DNA of 64,000 nt from Blastocatellia bacterium (GCA_963765495.1 CAVXWP010000012.1:32001-96000), one strand, 5' to 3'; numbered from the stretch's first letter, positions 48,383 through 58,329 are shown. Numbers and translations are program-made. Notes: generated by a model from the letters alone, not told the origin.

Positions 48383-48456
48383 AAAAAGTAGAGGGCTAGA
48401 GGAAGTCTTCGAAAGGATTGAAAAACCAATTTCATTATAGGTTTAGAGAGGAAACG

Positions 48457-49002
48457 ATGAAAAGACTCAACAAAATCAAGGCGCTCGCAATAGCAGCGAT
48501 TTTGGCAATGGCCGTGGCTGCTCCCTTTGCTCTGGCGCAGGACTCAGGTTCACAGGACAGCCCGACAGTCGGGCGACACGGTGGAAAACGCGCATTTGGC
48601 AGACACTTCGGGCGCGGCGGGCACGGCGATATGGGCGGCTTTATGCTGCGAGGAGTTGATCTGACCGATGCTCAGAAGACTCAGATACAGCAGATTCGAG
48701 CAAGCCATAAGGAAGCCGTGGCCCCATTGATGCAGCAAATCCGGGCCAAGGAGCAAGCGATCCATCAGTCATTCGGGGATGACACTTTCAACAGTTCACT
48801 GGTAAATCAGCAACTGATTGAAATTGCAAATCTCAAGACCCAGCTCATGAGCGAACAGTTCAAGATACATCAAGAGACGCTTGCCGTGCTGACTCCCGAG
48901 CAGAAGACCAAGCTTACCGAGATGCGCGAACAGTTCAAGGCCAAGCGCGAAGAGATGAAGGCTAAGAGAGCCGAGCGCCGCGCCAATAAAACTCAGCAGT
49001 AA
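48457..49002 (+). CDS. Spy/CpxP family periplasmic chaperone
   Basis: Signal peptide; LTDAQK and VLTPEQK (LTxxQ) motifs. Confidence 0.9.
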   Translation: MKRLNKIKALAIAAILAMAVAAPFALAQDSGSQDSPTVGRHGGKRAFGRHFGRGGHGDMGGFMLRGVDLTDAQKTQIQQIRASHKEAVAPLMQQIRAKEQAIHQSFGDDTFNSSLVNQQLIEIANLKTQLMSEQFKIHQETLAVLTPEQKTKLTEMREQFKAKREEMKAKRAERRANKTQQ

Positions 49003-49030
49003 CTCTTGACCGAAGATACGAGCCACGGGA

Positions 49031-49092
49031 ATCAGACAGGATCAACAGCCTTATAAAATCGTTCCTAAATCATCTTGTTGATCCTGTCTGAT
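49031..49092. repeat. 17-bp perfect inverted repeat (ACAGGAT-type)
   Basis: ATCAGACAGGATCAACA / TGTTGATCCTGTCTGAT. Confidence 0.8.
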
Positions 49093-49146
49093 GAGGTTAG
49101 AGTAAGCCGTAAGTGAAAACTTGGATCGGGAGCGCTTCTGGCGAAT

Positions 49147-49755
49147 TTGAATGAACAAGCTTCGGACCTGGAACTGGTCAGTCTTGCGCGCAAGGGAGAT
49201 GAATCTGCCTTTGAAGAGATCGTGCGGCGTCACAGCGGGCGAGTCTTTTCGGTGGCAAGCCGGTTCTTCCGCCAGCGCAATCTCGTAGAAGAGGCGGCGC
49301 AGGAGGTCTTTCTGAAAGCCTACACGCAGCTTTCAAGTTACGAGGGGCGAGGTTCTTTCGAAGGATGGCTGACCAGGATTGCAACCAACACCTGTTTGAA
49401 CCTGCTCAGAAGCGCCAAGCGACGACCGGAATCTCCGGTTGCCGACCTGACCGATGAAGAATCTGACTGGCTGGATAATAAGCTGGCTGATGTTTCTATC
49501 GAACGCCACAAGTCAGTTGAAAACAGCCTGGTCGCGTCCGATCTGGCTGAAAAGGTGCTCGACACCTTATCACCTGATGATCGCCTGGTTTTGATGATGA
49601 TCGACGGCAACGAGCTTTCGGTCAAAGAGGTCGCCGAGGCAACAGGCTGGTCGGAATCTAAGGTCAAGGTTCAAGCCTTTCGCGCTCGCCGAAGGATGCG
49701 AGAGGCCGTAGAAAAGTTATTGGAAGTAAAAGAAGAATTGCAGGTCAAGACATAG
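49147..49755 (+). CDS. ECF RNA polymerase sigma factor
   Basis: GDESAF, AQEVF, FEGWLTRIATN and region 4 LSVKEVA...VKVQAFRAR. Confidence 0.94.
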   Translation: MNEQASDLELVSLARKGDESAFEEIVRRHSGRVFSVASRFFRQRNLVEEAAQEVFLKAYTQLSSYEGRGSFEGWLTRIATNTCLNLLRSAKRRPESPVADLTDEESDWLDNKLADVSIERHKSVENSLVASDLAEKVLDTLSPDDRLVLMMIDGNELSVKEVAEATGWSESKVKVQAFRARRRMREAVEKLLEVKEELQVKT

Positions 49756-49771
49756 AAAGCACAGGTCAGAG

Positions 49772-50278
49772 ATGAAAAACGACCACATTAAAGAGTTGCT
49801 CGAACACACACCTGTCATCGATTTGAGCGAAGGCGAGCGGCTTGCGGTTGAACGACACACAAGCCGTTGCGATGAGTGCTTGCGGGCCTACAAAGCCGCG
49901 CAGATCGCAAGCGTACTGCTCAAGACGCGGGCATCTGAAATCGTGGAGCCGACGCCGTTCTTTAAGACCCGCGTGATGGCTGCTCTGCGCGAACGTCAGG
50001 CGGTCGCGGAAGTCCCTGCGATCTTGAGAATGTGGAAAGCCGCCGGAGCTATGGTCTCTTCGATGGTGGCGCTCGTGGTCATCCTGCTGACCATGACTTT
50101 TTTCTATAACAATAATCAGGTTCAGAATGAGACGAGCGCGCTGGCATCGAGCCAGAATCTCTACTCGGCGGAATATGTGGTTTTTGATGCGGATGATTTA
50201 CGTGACGAAGAGATAAGTTATGGTCAGGTGCTGACGACTTTATATGATTCACAGGATGCTTATGGAGAGTACAAGTAA
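49772..50278 (+). CDS. ZAS anti-sigma factor
   Basis: HTSRCDEC; TM helix; follows the ECF gene. Confidence 0.85.
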   Translation: MKNDHIKELLEHTPVIDLSEGERLAVERHTSRCDECLRAYKAAQIASVLLKTRASEIVEPTPFFKTRVMAALRERQAVAEVPAILRMWKAAGAMVSSMVALVVILLTMTFFYNNNQVQNETSALASSQNLYSAEYVVFDADDLRDEEISYGQVLTTLYDSQDAYGEYK

Positions 50279-50663
50279 AAGCAAGTGGCAGATTCGCCTG
50301 GCAGCGTTGTCTATTTTCGTGATCGGCTTTGTGGCGGGCGCTCTGGCCTTGAATCTTTATAATCATACTCGGCGCGGGCCGGGATCTCCGCCGAGAGGGT
50401 TTTACGGGCCAGTGCTTGACCGCCTAGACCTCAACGACGAACAGAAAGATCAGGTCGAAAAGATACTGGCCGACACGCGCGGGCAGTTGATGGAGGTTCG
50501 CAAACAGTCGCAACCCCAGTTTGAAGAGATCAGGAAACAGACCGACGAAAAATTAAAGACCGTGCTCACGCCGGAGCAGTGGGAGCAGTTTCAGCAGACT
50601 ATAAGCGAAAGAAGAGAGCGACGGCACCACGGCAGAAGAGGGAAACAATCAGATAAGGACTGA
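50262..50663 (+). CDS. Membrane-anchored Spy/CpxP-like (LTxxQ) protein
   Basis: FVIGFVAG TM helix; LDLNDEQK and VLTPEQW. Confidence 0.82.
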   Translation: MESTSKSKWQIRLAALSIFVIGFVAGALALNLYNHTRRGPGSPPRGFYGPVLDRLDLNDEQKDQVEKILADTRGQLMEVRKQSQPQFEEIRKQTDEKLKTVLTPEQWEQFQQTISERRERRHHGRRGKQSDKD

Positions 50664-50711
50664 AAGAGATTAACTGCCGGGTGTTGACTATCCCGGCAGT
50701 TAATCTCTTTC
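50662..50711. terminator. Long hairpin / terminator
   Basis: GAAAGAGATTAACTGCCGGG / CCCGGCAGTTAATCTCTTTC. Confidence 0.75.
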
Positions 50712-51015
50712 ACTTTTGTCAATCTGAGATTTGGGATTTGTGCTCTCAGATTATGAGCCAGTTTGAGCTAACCCGACCCAAACTGCGCCCTTCTGTGTGC
50801 GGCTGCTATTTGCCTTTGTTCAAATTCCCTTTCGGTATTATATCCAACAAACGACACCCGGCAGAGGTCGTCCGACCTCTATCTCAAGAAATTGTCCACA
50901 ATCCAATTGGGACCGCTTATTCTTACACAAGCCGCGCTTTTGTGTTAGCATGTGGTCGCCTCGCTTGTGATTTAGTGCCGGCATGTATGGCTTGAATGAG
51001 CGCCCGAGAAGAATA

Positions 51016-51990
51016 ATGACCGTAGAAGAGTTTCAAAAGGCCTTTCGCTCAGAAATAGATGAAGCACTGGCACGCATCGAGCGTCGCTACAGCGTCAGCG
51101 ACGATGAGATGGCTTGCGCTCTGCACGCGTCGTCCAGAAAATATCTGTCCGGTGTGATTGAAGAAACGACCCCTAACCCCGGCCCGACGGAGGCGGCACG
51201 CGAGGCGGCAAGGGATTACCTTTCATCGCTCAACTCGAATGATCTCTGCCTGGCAGTAGCCTGCGCAAAAGGGGATGACGCGGCCTGGGAGGATTTCTTT
51301 CGCGACTACCGGAGTTACATGCTCGCCACCGCGCGCACGATGACACAGGACCCTTCGGCAGCCGAGCAACTGGCCGATTCAACCTTTGCCGAACTCTACG
51401 GATTGCGCGAATCGGGCGGCGAGCGGGTAAGCAAATTCTCGTTTTATTCGGGACGGGGCTCTCTTCGCGGATGGCTGCGCGCAGTCGTATATCAGCTATC
51501 AGCAGATATGCACAGGCAGACGAGTCGATTCGTGCAGACCGAAGAACCCGAAGACCTCGACCGCATGGCGCGAGCCAGCCTTGCGCCCGAACGCGCCACA
51601 AATACCGAAGTCGCATTTATAAAAGAACGCTATCGCGTGTCGGTCGCCGATTCGCTCGGGCGCGCTATCGCGGAACTTGAAGCCCGAGAGCGGCTGCTGC
51701 TGGTCTACTACTACTATGATGAGATGACTCTGCGAGAGATCGGACAGCTTTTCAAGGTGCACGAAGCGACCATCAGCCGGTGGCTGGCAAAGGTGCAGAA
51801 GCGCGTGCGAAAGCTTGTGGAAAAAAGCCTTGCTCGCGATCACCGTTTCAACCGGCGAGAAGTGAACGAGGCGATTCAACTGGCGGCCGAACAGATGGAC
51901 ATCAATGTTCGCGCATATCTTTTTGATAAGACATCACCGGAGCGCGAGGAAACCGCCGAAAGAGCGGGGGAGGCCGTCGCGCAACGCTGA
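51016..51990 (+). CDS. Sigma-70 family ECF-like factor with N-terminal extension
   Basis: DLCLAVACAKGDDAAW, YSGRGSLRGWLR and region 4 TLREIG..HEATISRWL. Confidence 0.85.
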   Translation: MTVEEFQKAFRSEIDEALARIERRYSVSDDEMACALHASSRKYLSGVIEETTPNPGPTEAAREAARDYLSSLNSNDLCLAVACAKGDDAAWEDFFRDYRSYMLATARTMTQDPSAAEQLADSTFAELYGLRESGGERVSKFSFYSGRGSLRGWLRAVVYQLSADMHRQTSRFVQTEEPEDLDRMARASLAPERATNTEVAFIKERYRVSVADSLGRAIAELEARERLLLVYYYYDEMTLREIGQLFKVHEATISRWLAKVQKRVRKLVEKSLARDHRFNRREVNEAIQLAAEQMDINVRAYLFDKTSPEREETAERAGEAVAQR

Positions 51991-52053
51991 CCGAAAAAAC
52001 AACGCAAGTAAGGCGGTCGGCGGCGTTCTCTTGGAGGAGAAAAACCAGAAGCA

Positions 52054-53313
52054 ATGAAGACGTTTTTCAGCACGAAAGATCGAAAGATAGACAATCTGCT
52101 TCGCTCTCATATCAGTGAGCGGCGCGGTTCGGAACCACGTTGCGGGGAATTTGACCCCGATCTGGCCAACTCATATATAGAGCAATTGTTGACACCCGCC
52201 GAAAACGCGCGTTTCGAAAGCCACATCGCCGGCTGCCATCCCTGCCGTAAGAGCGTGGTGACGCTGGCGCGTCTGGCTGACCCTATCCCTGTCGCGTCGA
52301 GTCACCTGATCGCCTCCGCAGAAAGGCAAGGACGGGTGGCAGGATTCAAGGGTCTGCTGACGACTCTTGCCACACCGCGAATGGCGCTTACTGCTACGGC
52401 TGTTATGGTGCTGGCCATAAGCATCCCGCTCGCGCTTTCGCGCAGAGACGGATCGACAGATCGCGCAATGCAGGCTTCTTCTGAGACGGCGATAGCAGAA
52501 GGACAAGAGCGGTCAAATAATGAGGCTCCGGTCAATTCATCTTCAGCCGATTTGGAGGGAAATATTGCCTCCACCGATACTTCACAACCTGCGTCCGCCG
52601 AAAGACAGGCATCAAGGGTTGCACAGGGCACTGTTGCGGAAGCAGGGCAACCGGCACCGCTCGCGCCGCCCGAAACTCAGCTAATCGAAGCCCGCAATGT
52701 CTCTGAGAGCAAAGATGAGGTTGTAGCAGGTGCGCCTGCCGGTGTTCAGATGGACGGCGAACAACCGCCTGCGCCTGCGCCCCCACAGACAGCCAAAAAG
52801 CAGGAAGAGCTTCCGCGTATTGATTCGGCTCAAGCCTTGCAGGTTCCTCAGAAAGATAAAGACTCCACATATTTGAGTCTGATTCAACCCGGACGCACAA
52901 CAGGCGAGCAGAAGCGTGAGACCGATGCCACGATAAGACCTGATGCTGCCGCTCCCCCCCCGGAATCTGTCGCATCAGAGCGCGCGGACCGCCGAGGAAT
53001 AGCCAGTCCCACGCCCGGCAATGCCTTGCGCGATGTGAATACGGCCCGCTCGTCGCGCGCGCGCGATTTGCCGGGACGCAAAGTTGCCGGCAAACGATTT
53101 TATCTGATGAAGGACATCTGGACCGACAAGGATTACAACCCGAGCAAAGAACGCCCGGAGGTCACGATCATCCGCGATAGCGATATCTACAATGAGATGC
53201 TTACAAAGAACAATGGTTTAAGGCTATTTTTCACAAACTTTGCAAAAGATGAGCGAGTAATAGTCGTTTACAAAGGAACGGTCTACAAGCTCATCCCGCA
53301 AGAAAACAAATAG
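52054..53313 (+). CDS. ZAS anti-sigma factor with long extracytoplasmic region
   Basis: HIAGCHPC; TM helix; low-complexity linker and C-terminal domain. Confidence 0.8.
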   Translation: MKTFFSTKDRKIDNLLRSHISERRGSEPRCGEFDPDLANSYIEQLLTPAENARFESHIAGCHPCRKSVVTLARLADPIPVASSHLIASAERQGRVAGFKGLLTTLATPRMALTATAVMVLAISIPLALSRRDGSTDRAMQASSETAIAEGQERSNNEAPVNSSSADLEGNIASTDTSQPASAERQASRVAQGTVAEAGQPAPLAPPETQLIEARNVSESKDEVVAGAPAGVQMDGEQPPAPAPPQTAKKQEELPRIDSAQALQVPQKDKDSTYLSLIQPGRTTGEQKRETDATIRPDAAAPPPESVASERADRRGIASPTPGNALRDVNTARSSRARDLPGRKVAGKRFYLMKDIWTDKDYNPSKERPEVTIIRDSDIYNEMLTKNNGLRLFFTNFAKDERVIVVYKGTVYKLIPQENK

Positions 53314-53459
53314 GCCCGTCCGGCGTAGAGTTGCAACTCTGCGCCGGCCTCCCCCCTCCTTTCAGCCTCGCTCACCTAAACACAATTTTTGAGTATAATC
53401 GCTTTATGATTCTTCAAATCGCGTCTTAACAGGCAGGTTCTTGATTTCGGGGAGGCTCT

Positions 53460-53918
53460 ATGAAGACAAAAAGATTTGTGAAACAATCGGAAGTTGAAGC
53501 ACCACACGAAAGAGTCTTCGCTTTTCACGAACGGCCCGACGCACTTGAAGTTCTCACGCCGCCCTGGGAGCGGGTCGAAGTTCTCGAGTGCTCAGATGGT
53601 ATACATCCCGGCAGCCGTGTTGTCATCAAGATGCATATAGGTCCTTTCTCGCGGCTCTGGATCGCAGAGCACACGGAATATGTGCCAAACCTCCTCTTTG
53701 CGGATATGCAAAAGAAGGGGCCGTTTGCCTACTGGTATCACAGACATCGATTCGAGCCGACCGAGCGCGGGACTACGATGATGACGGATGATGTTGAGTA
53801 CGCGCTGCCGATGGGACGCATAGCAGAGTTGATCGCGGGCAGTTTCGTCGAGGCAAAACTGGAACGCATGTTTGATTACCGCCATAATGTGGTGGCTGAA
53901 CAAATGCGCCGTCATTGA
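53460..53918 (+). CDS. SRPBCC/cyclase-like protein
   Basis: VFAFH..P..L..LTPPW, GPF..W.H.H.F and MFDYRH motifs. Confidence 0.88.
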   Translation: MKTKRFVKQSEVEAPHERVFAFHERPDALEVLTPPWERVEVLECSDGIHPGSRVVIKMHIGPFSRLWIAEHTEYVPNLLFADMQKKGPFAYWYHRHRFEPTERGTTMMTDDVEYALPMGRIAELIAGSFVEAKLERMFDYRHNVVAEQMRRH

Positions 53919-54234
53919 TCGAACAATAAAAGAGGAAGCCGTATCTTGCGCAGGAGAAATTGCATCGACATGATTTATGTCTCTTCCGGCAAACCAGTGA
54001 GAAAACCTATTGATGTTCTCAAAGTGAATTTCCGCTTTCTCGTATGTGTTGATGTACCTATCAAATTGATGTAGTATGATGGGCCGGTCCCGCAAGGGTA
54101 TCGGCCCATTTATGTTACTTGGCCACCGGTGGGCTAAATTCGACCGCAAGCGAAGATACCGGTCGCGCATCGAAGCTCGGTTCCACCGCTCTGATCCCGC
54201 CTGCTTAATGGTTTCAGGCACGAGTTAAACGATT

Positions 54235-54594
54235 ATGATGAGACGTCCTACTAAAGTAATCAGCCGACAGGTAGATTCTGTCCGAATTATAAAAGTCACA
54301 GGTCGATTGGATCCGGGCGATGGGCCTGATCCGCTTTCTGATCTTGTTCAGGAGTTTGTAGCTGAGGACGAGATCAACTTCCTGCTTGATCTCAGAAGCG
54401 TTACCTATATCAGTAGCACAGGGGTCGGAAGCCTGATCAAATGCTACCGCTCGGTCCTGAAGAAGAAGGGCCTGGTCAAATTGCTCTCACCCTCTCAGTC
54501 GGTAATGAATATACTGGCTATCTCGAAGCTTGATGGTGTGTTCGAAATTTTCTCAGATGAAAAGACCGCGCTCGACAGTTTCAAGGGGAAATAG
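54235..54594 (+). CDS. STAS domain anti-anti-sigma factor
   Basis: GRLD, LDL..VTYISSTGVG phospho-Ser motif. Confidence 0.88.
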   Translation: MMRRPTKVISRQVDSVRIIKVTGRLDPGDGPDPLSDLVQEFVAEDEINFLLDLRSVTYISSTGVGSLIKCYRSVLKKKGLVKLLSPSQSVMNILAISKLDGVFEIFSDEKTALDSFKGK

Positions 54595-54613
54595 GTCGGA
54601 TTAAGAATCTGGA

Positions 54614-54835
54614 CTAAAAATCTGGCGGCCTTTTATCTCTCTTGGGATGCGGTTTATCGCCTTTACCCTTAGGCTCTTTATCCCTAACAACAGGTGGTCC
54701 GGGCGGGTCTTTTTTGTCTTTCTTTTTGTCGTTGTCTTTCTTTTGTGCATACAGATCAAAACCCTGCGCCGAGACTGTGCCGAGCGAGGTTACTCCAAAG
54801 AGGGCTATTGTTATGGCTAAAACTAACTTCTTCAT
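54614..54835 (-). CDS. Small secreted Lys/Asp-rich peptide
   Basis: Signal peptide MKKLVLA...VSA, highly charged mature part. Confidence 0.7.
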   Translation of the reverse strand: MKKLVLAITIALFGVTSLGTVSAQGFDLYAQKKDNDKKKDKKDPPGPPVVRDKEPKGKGDKPHPKRDKRPPDF

Positions 54836-54851
54836 TTGATCGCGCCCGTCC

Positions 54852-55073
54852 TTACTGCTTTCGTCTGTGCGTATCGCCGTCGGAGCGCCGGCCGTCAGAA
54901 TTGTCTCTGTTATCCGATCTATCGCGCTCTCTCTTTTCGACTATAACGATCTGCACCTTATCTTTTTTCTGTTTCTTGTCAGCTGGAGCCTGTCCTGCCT
55001 GGGCCAGAGCCCCTGTGCAGATTGTGCCTAAAAGAATACCACTCAATACCAGCTTGTGAAACCGTATTTTCAT
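54852..55073 (-). CDS. Small secreted Lys/Arg/Asp-rich peptide
   Basis: Signal peptide ...GALA, charged mature part; GAGGG SD. Confidence 0.7.
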   Translation of the reverse strand: MKIRFHKLVLSGILLGTICTGALAQAGQAPADKKQKKDKVQIVIVEKRERDRSDNRDNSDGRRSDGDTHRRKQ

Positions 55074-55342
55074 TTCGGCCCTCTATCCTGAGGCAGTTCC
55101 CTCCAAGACGGCTTATATTAGGGCAACTACCATTCCAAAACGCGATTATCCATTCAAATACTGCAATACTTCAAGTTAGCTGTTATAAAGACATTAAAAT
55201 CAGATCATTAACGCACCCTTTCGGTCTAGGATCACACGTTTTAGTGCAAAATTGTGATGCCCGGAGTCAAATGGGCGTTGTAGGCAAGGGAATGATTTCG
55301 GGGGATAGAACTGTTGTTAGAAAGGGCAAAGCAATAGAATGG

Positions 55343-55387
55343 CAGGCTACGAAAGTCGATCCGATGCTTGCTCTGCGTGGTGAGTAA
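55343..55387 (+). pseudogene. 3'-terminal remnant of an ADOP/MacB-like ABC permease gene
   Basis: Encodes QATKVDPMLALRGE*, matching the RAxxVDPxxALRxE terminus typical of these permeases; the upstream sequence lacks TM helices. Confidence 0.55.
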
Positions 55388-55489
55388 GCAGTGGATTAAT
55401 GCCATCCGTATAGTCTTACAATTTGCCGGGAAGATAGCCTGCTCAATATGACTCTTCATTTTCCTGCAATGAAAAATTTCTTTTCGTGT

Positions 55490-55516
55490 TGTCGATCTAA
55501 AGGTCTCTCGTTCGAC
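55490..55516 (+). promoter_or_regulatory. ECF42-type promoter
   Basis: TGTCGA-17nt-CGAC upstream of a DGPF/YciI gene, the known ECF42 target class. Confidence 0.65.
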
Positions 55517-55599
55517 TTAATAGTAGAGCAAGGGTTAACGCCCGGACGTGATTGTCTGGAAACCCGGCTTCAAATCGATAACTGGAAGGAGAAATTACA

Positions 55600-56028
55600 A
55601 TGCGAGTTATGGTTCTAATCAAGGCTAACAAAGATTCAGAGGCGGGCGTTCTCCCGGATGAGAAGCTTATTTCCGAGATGATGGAATACAACGAAGAACT
55701 GGTGAAAGCAGGGGTGATGCTTGCCGGCGAGGGGCTCTACCCAAGCTCAAAGGGCGCGCGCGTCAAGTTTTCGGAGGGCAAAGCGACTGTGATTGACGGC
55801 CCCTTTATCGAAACAAAGGAGTTGATTGCCGGGTACTGGCTATGGCAGGTAAAGTCTATGGAAGAAGCTATTGAGTGGGTCAAGCGATGCCCTTCCCCGG
55901 AGGGCGAAACCGAAGGCGAGATCGAGATTCGCCAGATATTTGAGGCTGAGGACTTTGGGGCCGAATTTACATCCGAGCTAAGGGAGAAAGAAGCGCGTCT
56001 GCGCGCGGAGATAGAGGCAAGGAAGTAA
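55600..56028 (+). CDS. YciI/DGPF domain protein
   Basis: GEGL.PSS, DGPFIETKELIAGYW and IEIR motifs. Confidence 0.93.
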   Translation: MRVMVLIKANKDSEAGVLPDEKLISEMMEYNEELVKAGVMLAGEGLYPSSKGARVKFSEGKATVIDGPFIETKELIAGYWLWQVKSMEEAIEWVKRCPSPEGETEGEIEIRQIFEAEDFGAEFTSELREKEARLRAEIEARK

Positions 56029-56084
56029 TCGTTGCCCCCTCGACAAGTATTGATAAACTGCCTGTTTTTGTTAGAGACACAGAA

Positions 56085-56122
56085 GCCGACACTCAAAGAC
56101 CCTTTCGGGTTTGAGTGTCGGC
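56085..56122. terminator. Hairpin, probable terminator
   Basis: GCCGACACTCAAA / TTTGAGTGTCGGC. Confidence 0.55.
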
Positions 56123-56610
56123 AACAGATCAAAACTTACCCCCCCCCTACCGTGATTGAGATACCTCGCGACAAATACAACGACCATTGCAGGTCGGCAG
56201 TTTGAGCCACGGGAACGCTCTTTCGAATGGCGCGTTTTGCAAGTACTTTGGCACGAGCTGCTGGTGATTCGGCAGGGGAGATTGGTTAGAATTACGATGT
56301 GATCAACGAGATCACAGAGCAGCCCTCGACGAGGGTATTTGATAAGGCAGTTTTTCGGAGATCAGAGAAATGACTGCTACTAAAGCTTATATCGCGTCGT
56401 TTGGAACCCGATATCATCGACGTACATCTGCAACAGCCCATCCATGCTCTTCAGGTTCTACCCCTGCATTATCCAGGTCACAATCTATGCAGTGCCAGAT
56501 TAAAGGCGTTTCCACATATTTCTAAAGTATCTTTCTAAGGTATCCTGGCAATGATTGCACTTGGCCGATAAACTACTGCTTTCTTCACCCCACAAAACGT
56601 TGATGAGGAG

Positions 56611-58329
56611 GTGCGCATGCGCGATCTAACTTGCTATCTAATCTTTGGCATGTTTATGGCAATATTTCCCCGTACGGCTGCGCATACCAATGTGAAGCTA
56701 CTGCCCACACCGCAAAAGTTTTGCACTTTCTACACAAATGAGGATGCCAGGATTCCTCTCAGCATCCGAAAGCAACTTTCAGAACCTCGGCAAACGGCAC
56801 AAAGTGGAAGCATCCGCTGGACATTAAAGCCCGATGCCTTAATTCGCAATTCGTTCCCTCAAACGCGGCTTTCATACGAAGACGGGTTACCCGTAGGCGG
56901 TCTAAGCGCAATGGCAATTGCCACCGACGGAGCAGTATGGGCCGGAGGCGACGAGGGGCTCGTCCGGTACCAGAATAAAACCCATCCGTGGGATAGATGG
57001 CAGTACTTTGCCGGAAAACGCTATTTGCCGTCCGACAAGGTTATCTCTTTGACCGCAGGGAAAGCCGGGTCTGTATGGGTTCAAACATCGGCGGGAGTGA
57101 CTCACATAGAGTTTCGCCCCAAGACGCTTGCCGAAAAGGCGGCGTTTTTTGAGCAAAGAATAGCCGAGCGGCACAAGCGACATAATCTTGTAGCAGATTC
57201 TGTTTTTCAAGAGCCGGGCAATCCAGCCACAAGCCATCAATACCCAACCGATAACGATGGCCTGTGGACTGCAATCTACGTGGCGGCAGAGGCCTTTCGA
57301 TATGCCGTTACTTCGGGTCGTGAGGCGCTTGATTCCATGCGTCGGTCAACGGAGGCCATGCTCCGGCTTGAGGCAATAACCGGACGACCCGGTTTTCCTG
57401 CGCGATCATTCAGACACAAAGACGAGCCCAGGCATAAAGACGGCATCTGGCACTTCACCCCGGATGGTGAATGGGAGTGGAAGGCGGACACAAGCTCGGA
57501 TGAGATAGTCGGCCACTTCTTCGCATACTCTGTCGTCTATGACCTGACAGCAGACGAAAATTTAAAGAAGGAACTGCGCGAGGCTGTCTCTAAAATCGCG
57601 GATCATCTGATAGATCATCATTACAATCTGACCGATCTTGATGACGAGCCTACCAGATGGGGGCGCTACGATCCTGCCTACTTTGAAACCGACGACGGGC
57701 GAGAAGAAAGGGCGCTACGCTCGCTTGAACTGCTTTCGCATTTGAAGGTCGCGTATCATATGACCGGGAACCCTCGCTTTGATAAGGAGTACCGGAAACT
57801 AATAGGCGAGATGGGGTACCACAAAAACACAACCACGTATTTGAAGCTTCGCCAGGAACTTAATTATTCCGATGAAGAGCTTGCGATGCTTTCTTATTAC
57901 CCGCTTTTCCGGTACGAAAAAGACCCGGCGCTGTTGCGGGTTTATCGCGAAGGATTAGAGCAGTGGTGGGTGAACATTCAACGCGAAGGCAACCCCCTGT
58001 GGATCTTTATCTATGGCGTGTGTAATCCGGGCAAGCGCGTGCCGCTTGAGGCTGCTGCGCGCACTCTTTACCGAATTCCGATGGATATGATCAAGTGGTC
58101 CGTAAAGAACTCTCACCGGCGTGATGTGCCGCTCGATAATTCGGCTGAGCGATTTAATCGCGTGCAAAGCTCTCGTCTTCTGCCGCCGGATGAGCGGCGG
58201 ATAATGAGGTGGAACAGCAATCCGTTTCAGCTTGACGACGCCTCGTCAGGAAGGGGGGAAGATGACGGCGCATTCTATTTATTACCTTACTGGATGGGCC
58301 GGTACCATAAATTTCTCATAGGCGAATAA
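56611..58329 (+). CDS. Exported hypothetical protein, probable (alpha/alpha)-barrel carbohydrate-active enzyme
   Basis: Signal peptide; propeller-like N-part (DGAVWAG..GL); DNDGLWT, KADTSSDE..GH and YLLPYW motifs. Confidence 0.65.
   Translation: MRMRDLTCYLIFGMFMAIFPRTAAHTNVKLLPTPQKFCTFYTNEDARIPLSIRKQLSEPRQTAQSGSIRWTLKPDALIRNSFPQTRLSYEDGLPVGGLSAMAIATDGAVWAGGDEGLVRYQNKTHPWDRWQYFAGKRYLPSDKVISLTAGKAGSVWVQTSAGVTHIEFRPKTLAEKAAFFEQRIAERHKRHNLVADSVFQEPGNPATSHQYPTDNDGLWTAIYVAAEAFRYAVTSGREALDSMRRSTEAMLRLEAITGRPGFPARSFRHKDEPRHKDGIWHFTPDGEWEWKADTSSDEIVGHFFAYSVVYDLTADENLKKELREAVSKIADHLIDHHYNLTDLDDEPTRWGRYDPAYFETDDGREERALRSLELLSHLKVAYHMTGNPRFDKEYRKLIGEMGYHKNTTTYLKLRQELNYSDEELAMLSYYPLFRYEKDPALLRVYREGLEQWWVNIQREGNPLWIFIYGVCNPGKRVPLEAAARTLYRIPMDMIKWSVKNSHRRDVPLDNSAERFNRVQSSRLLPPDERRIMRWNSNPFQLDDASSGRGEDDGAFYLLPYWMGRYHKFLIGE

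Noticed and set aside
55022-55387. 121-aa ORF as an intact gene
   Set aside because: It overlaps a better-supported opposite-strand gene, and only the last ~14 residues resemble a known protein end.
56546-56560. Sigma54-like TGGCAATGATTGC
   Set aside because: Spacing is 8, incompatible with a -24/-12 promoter.
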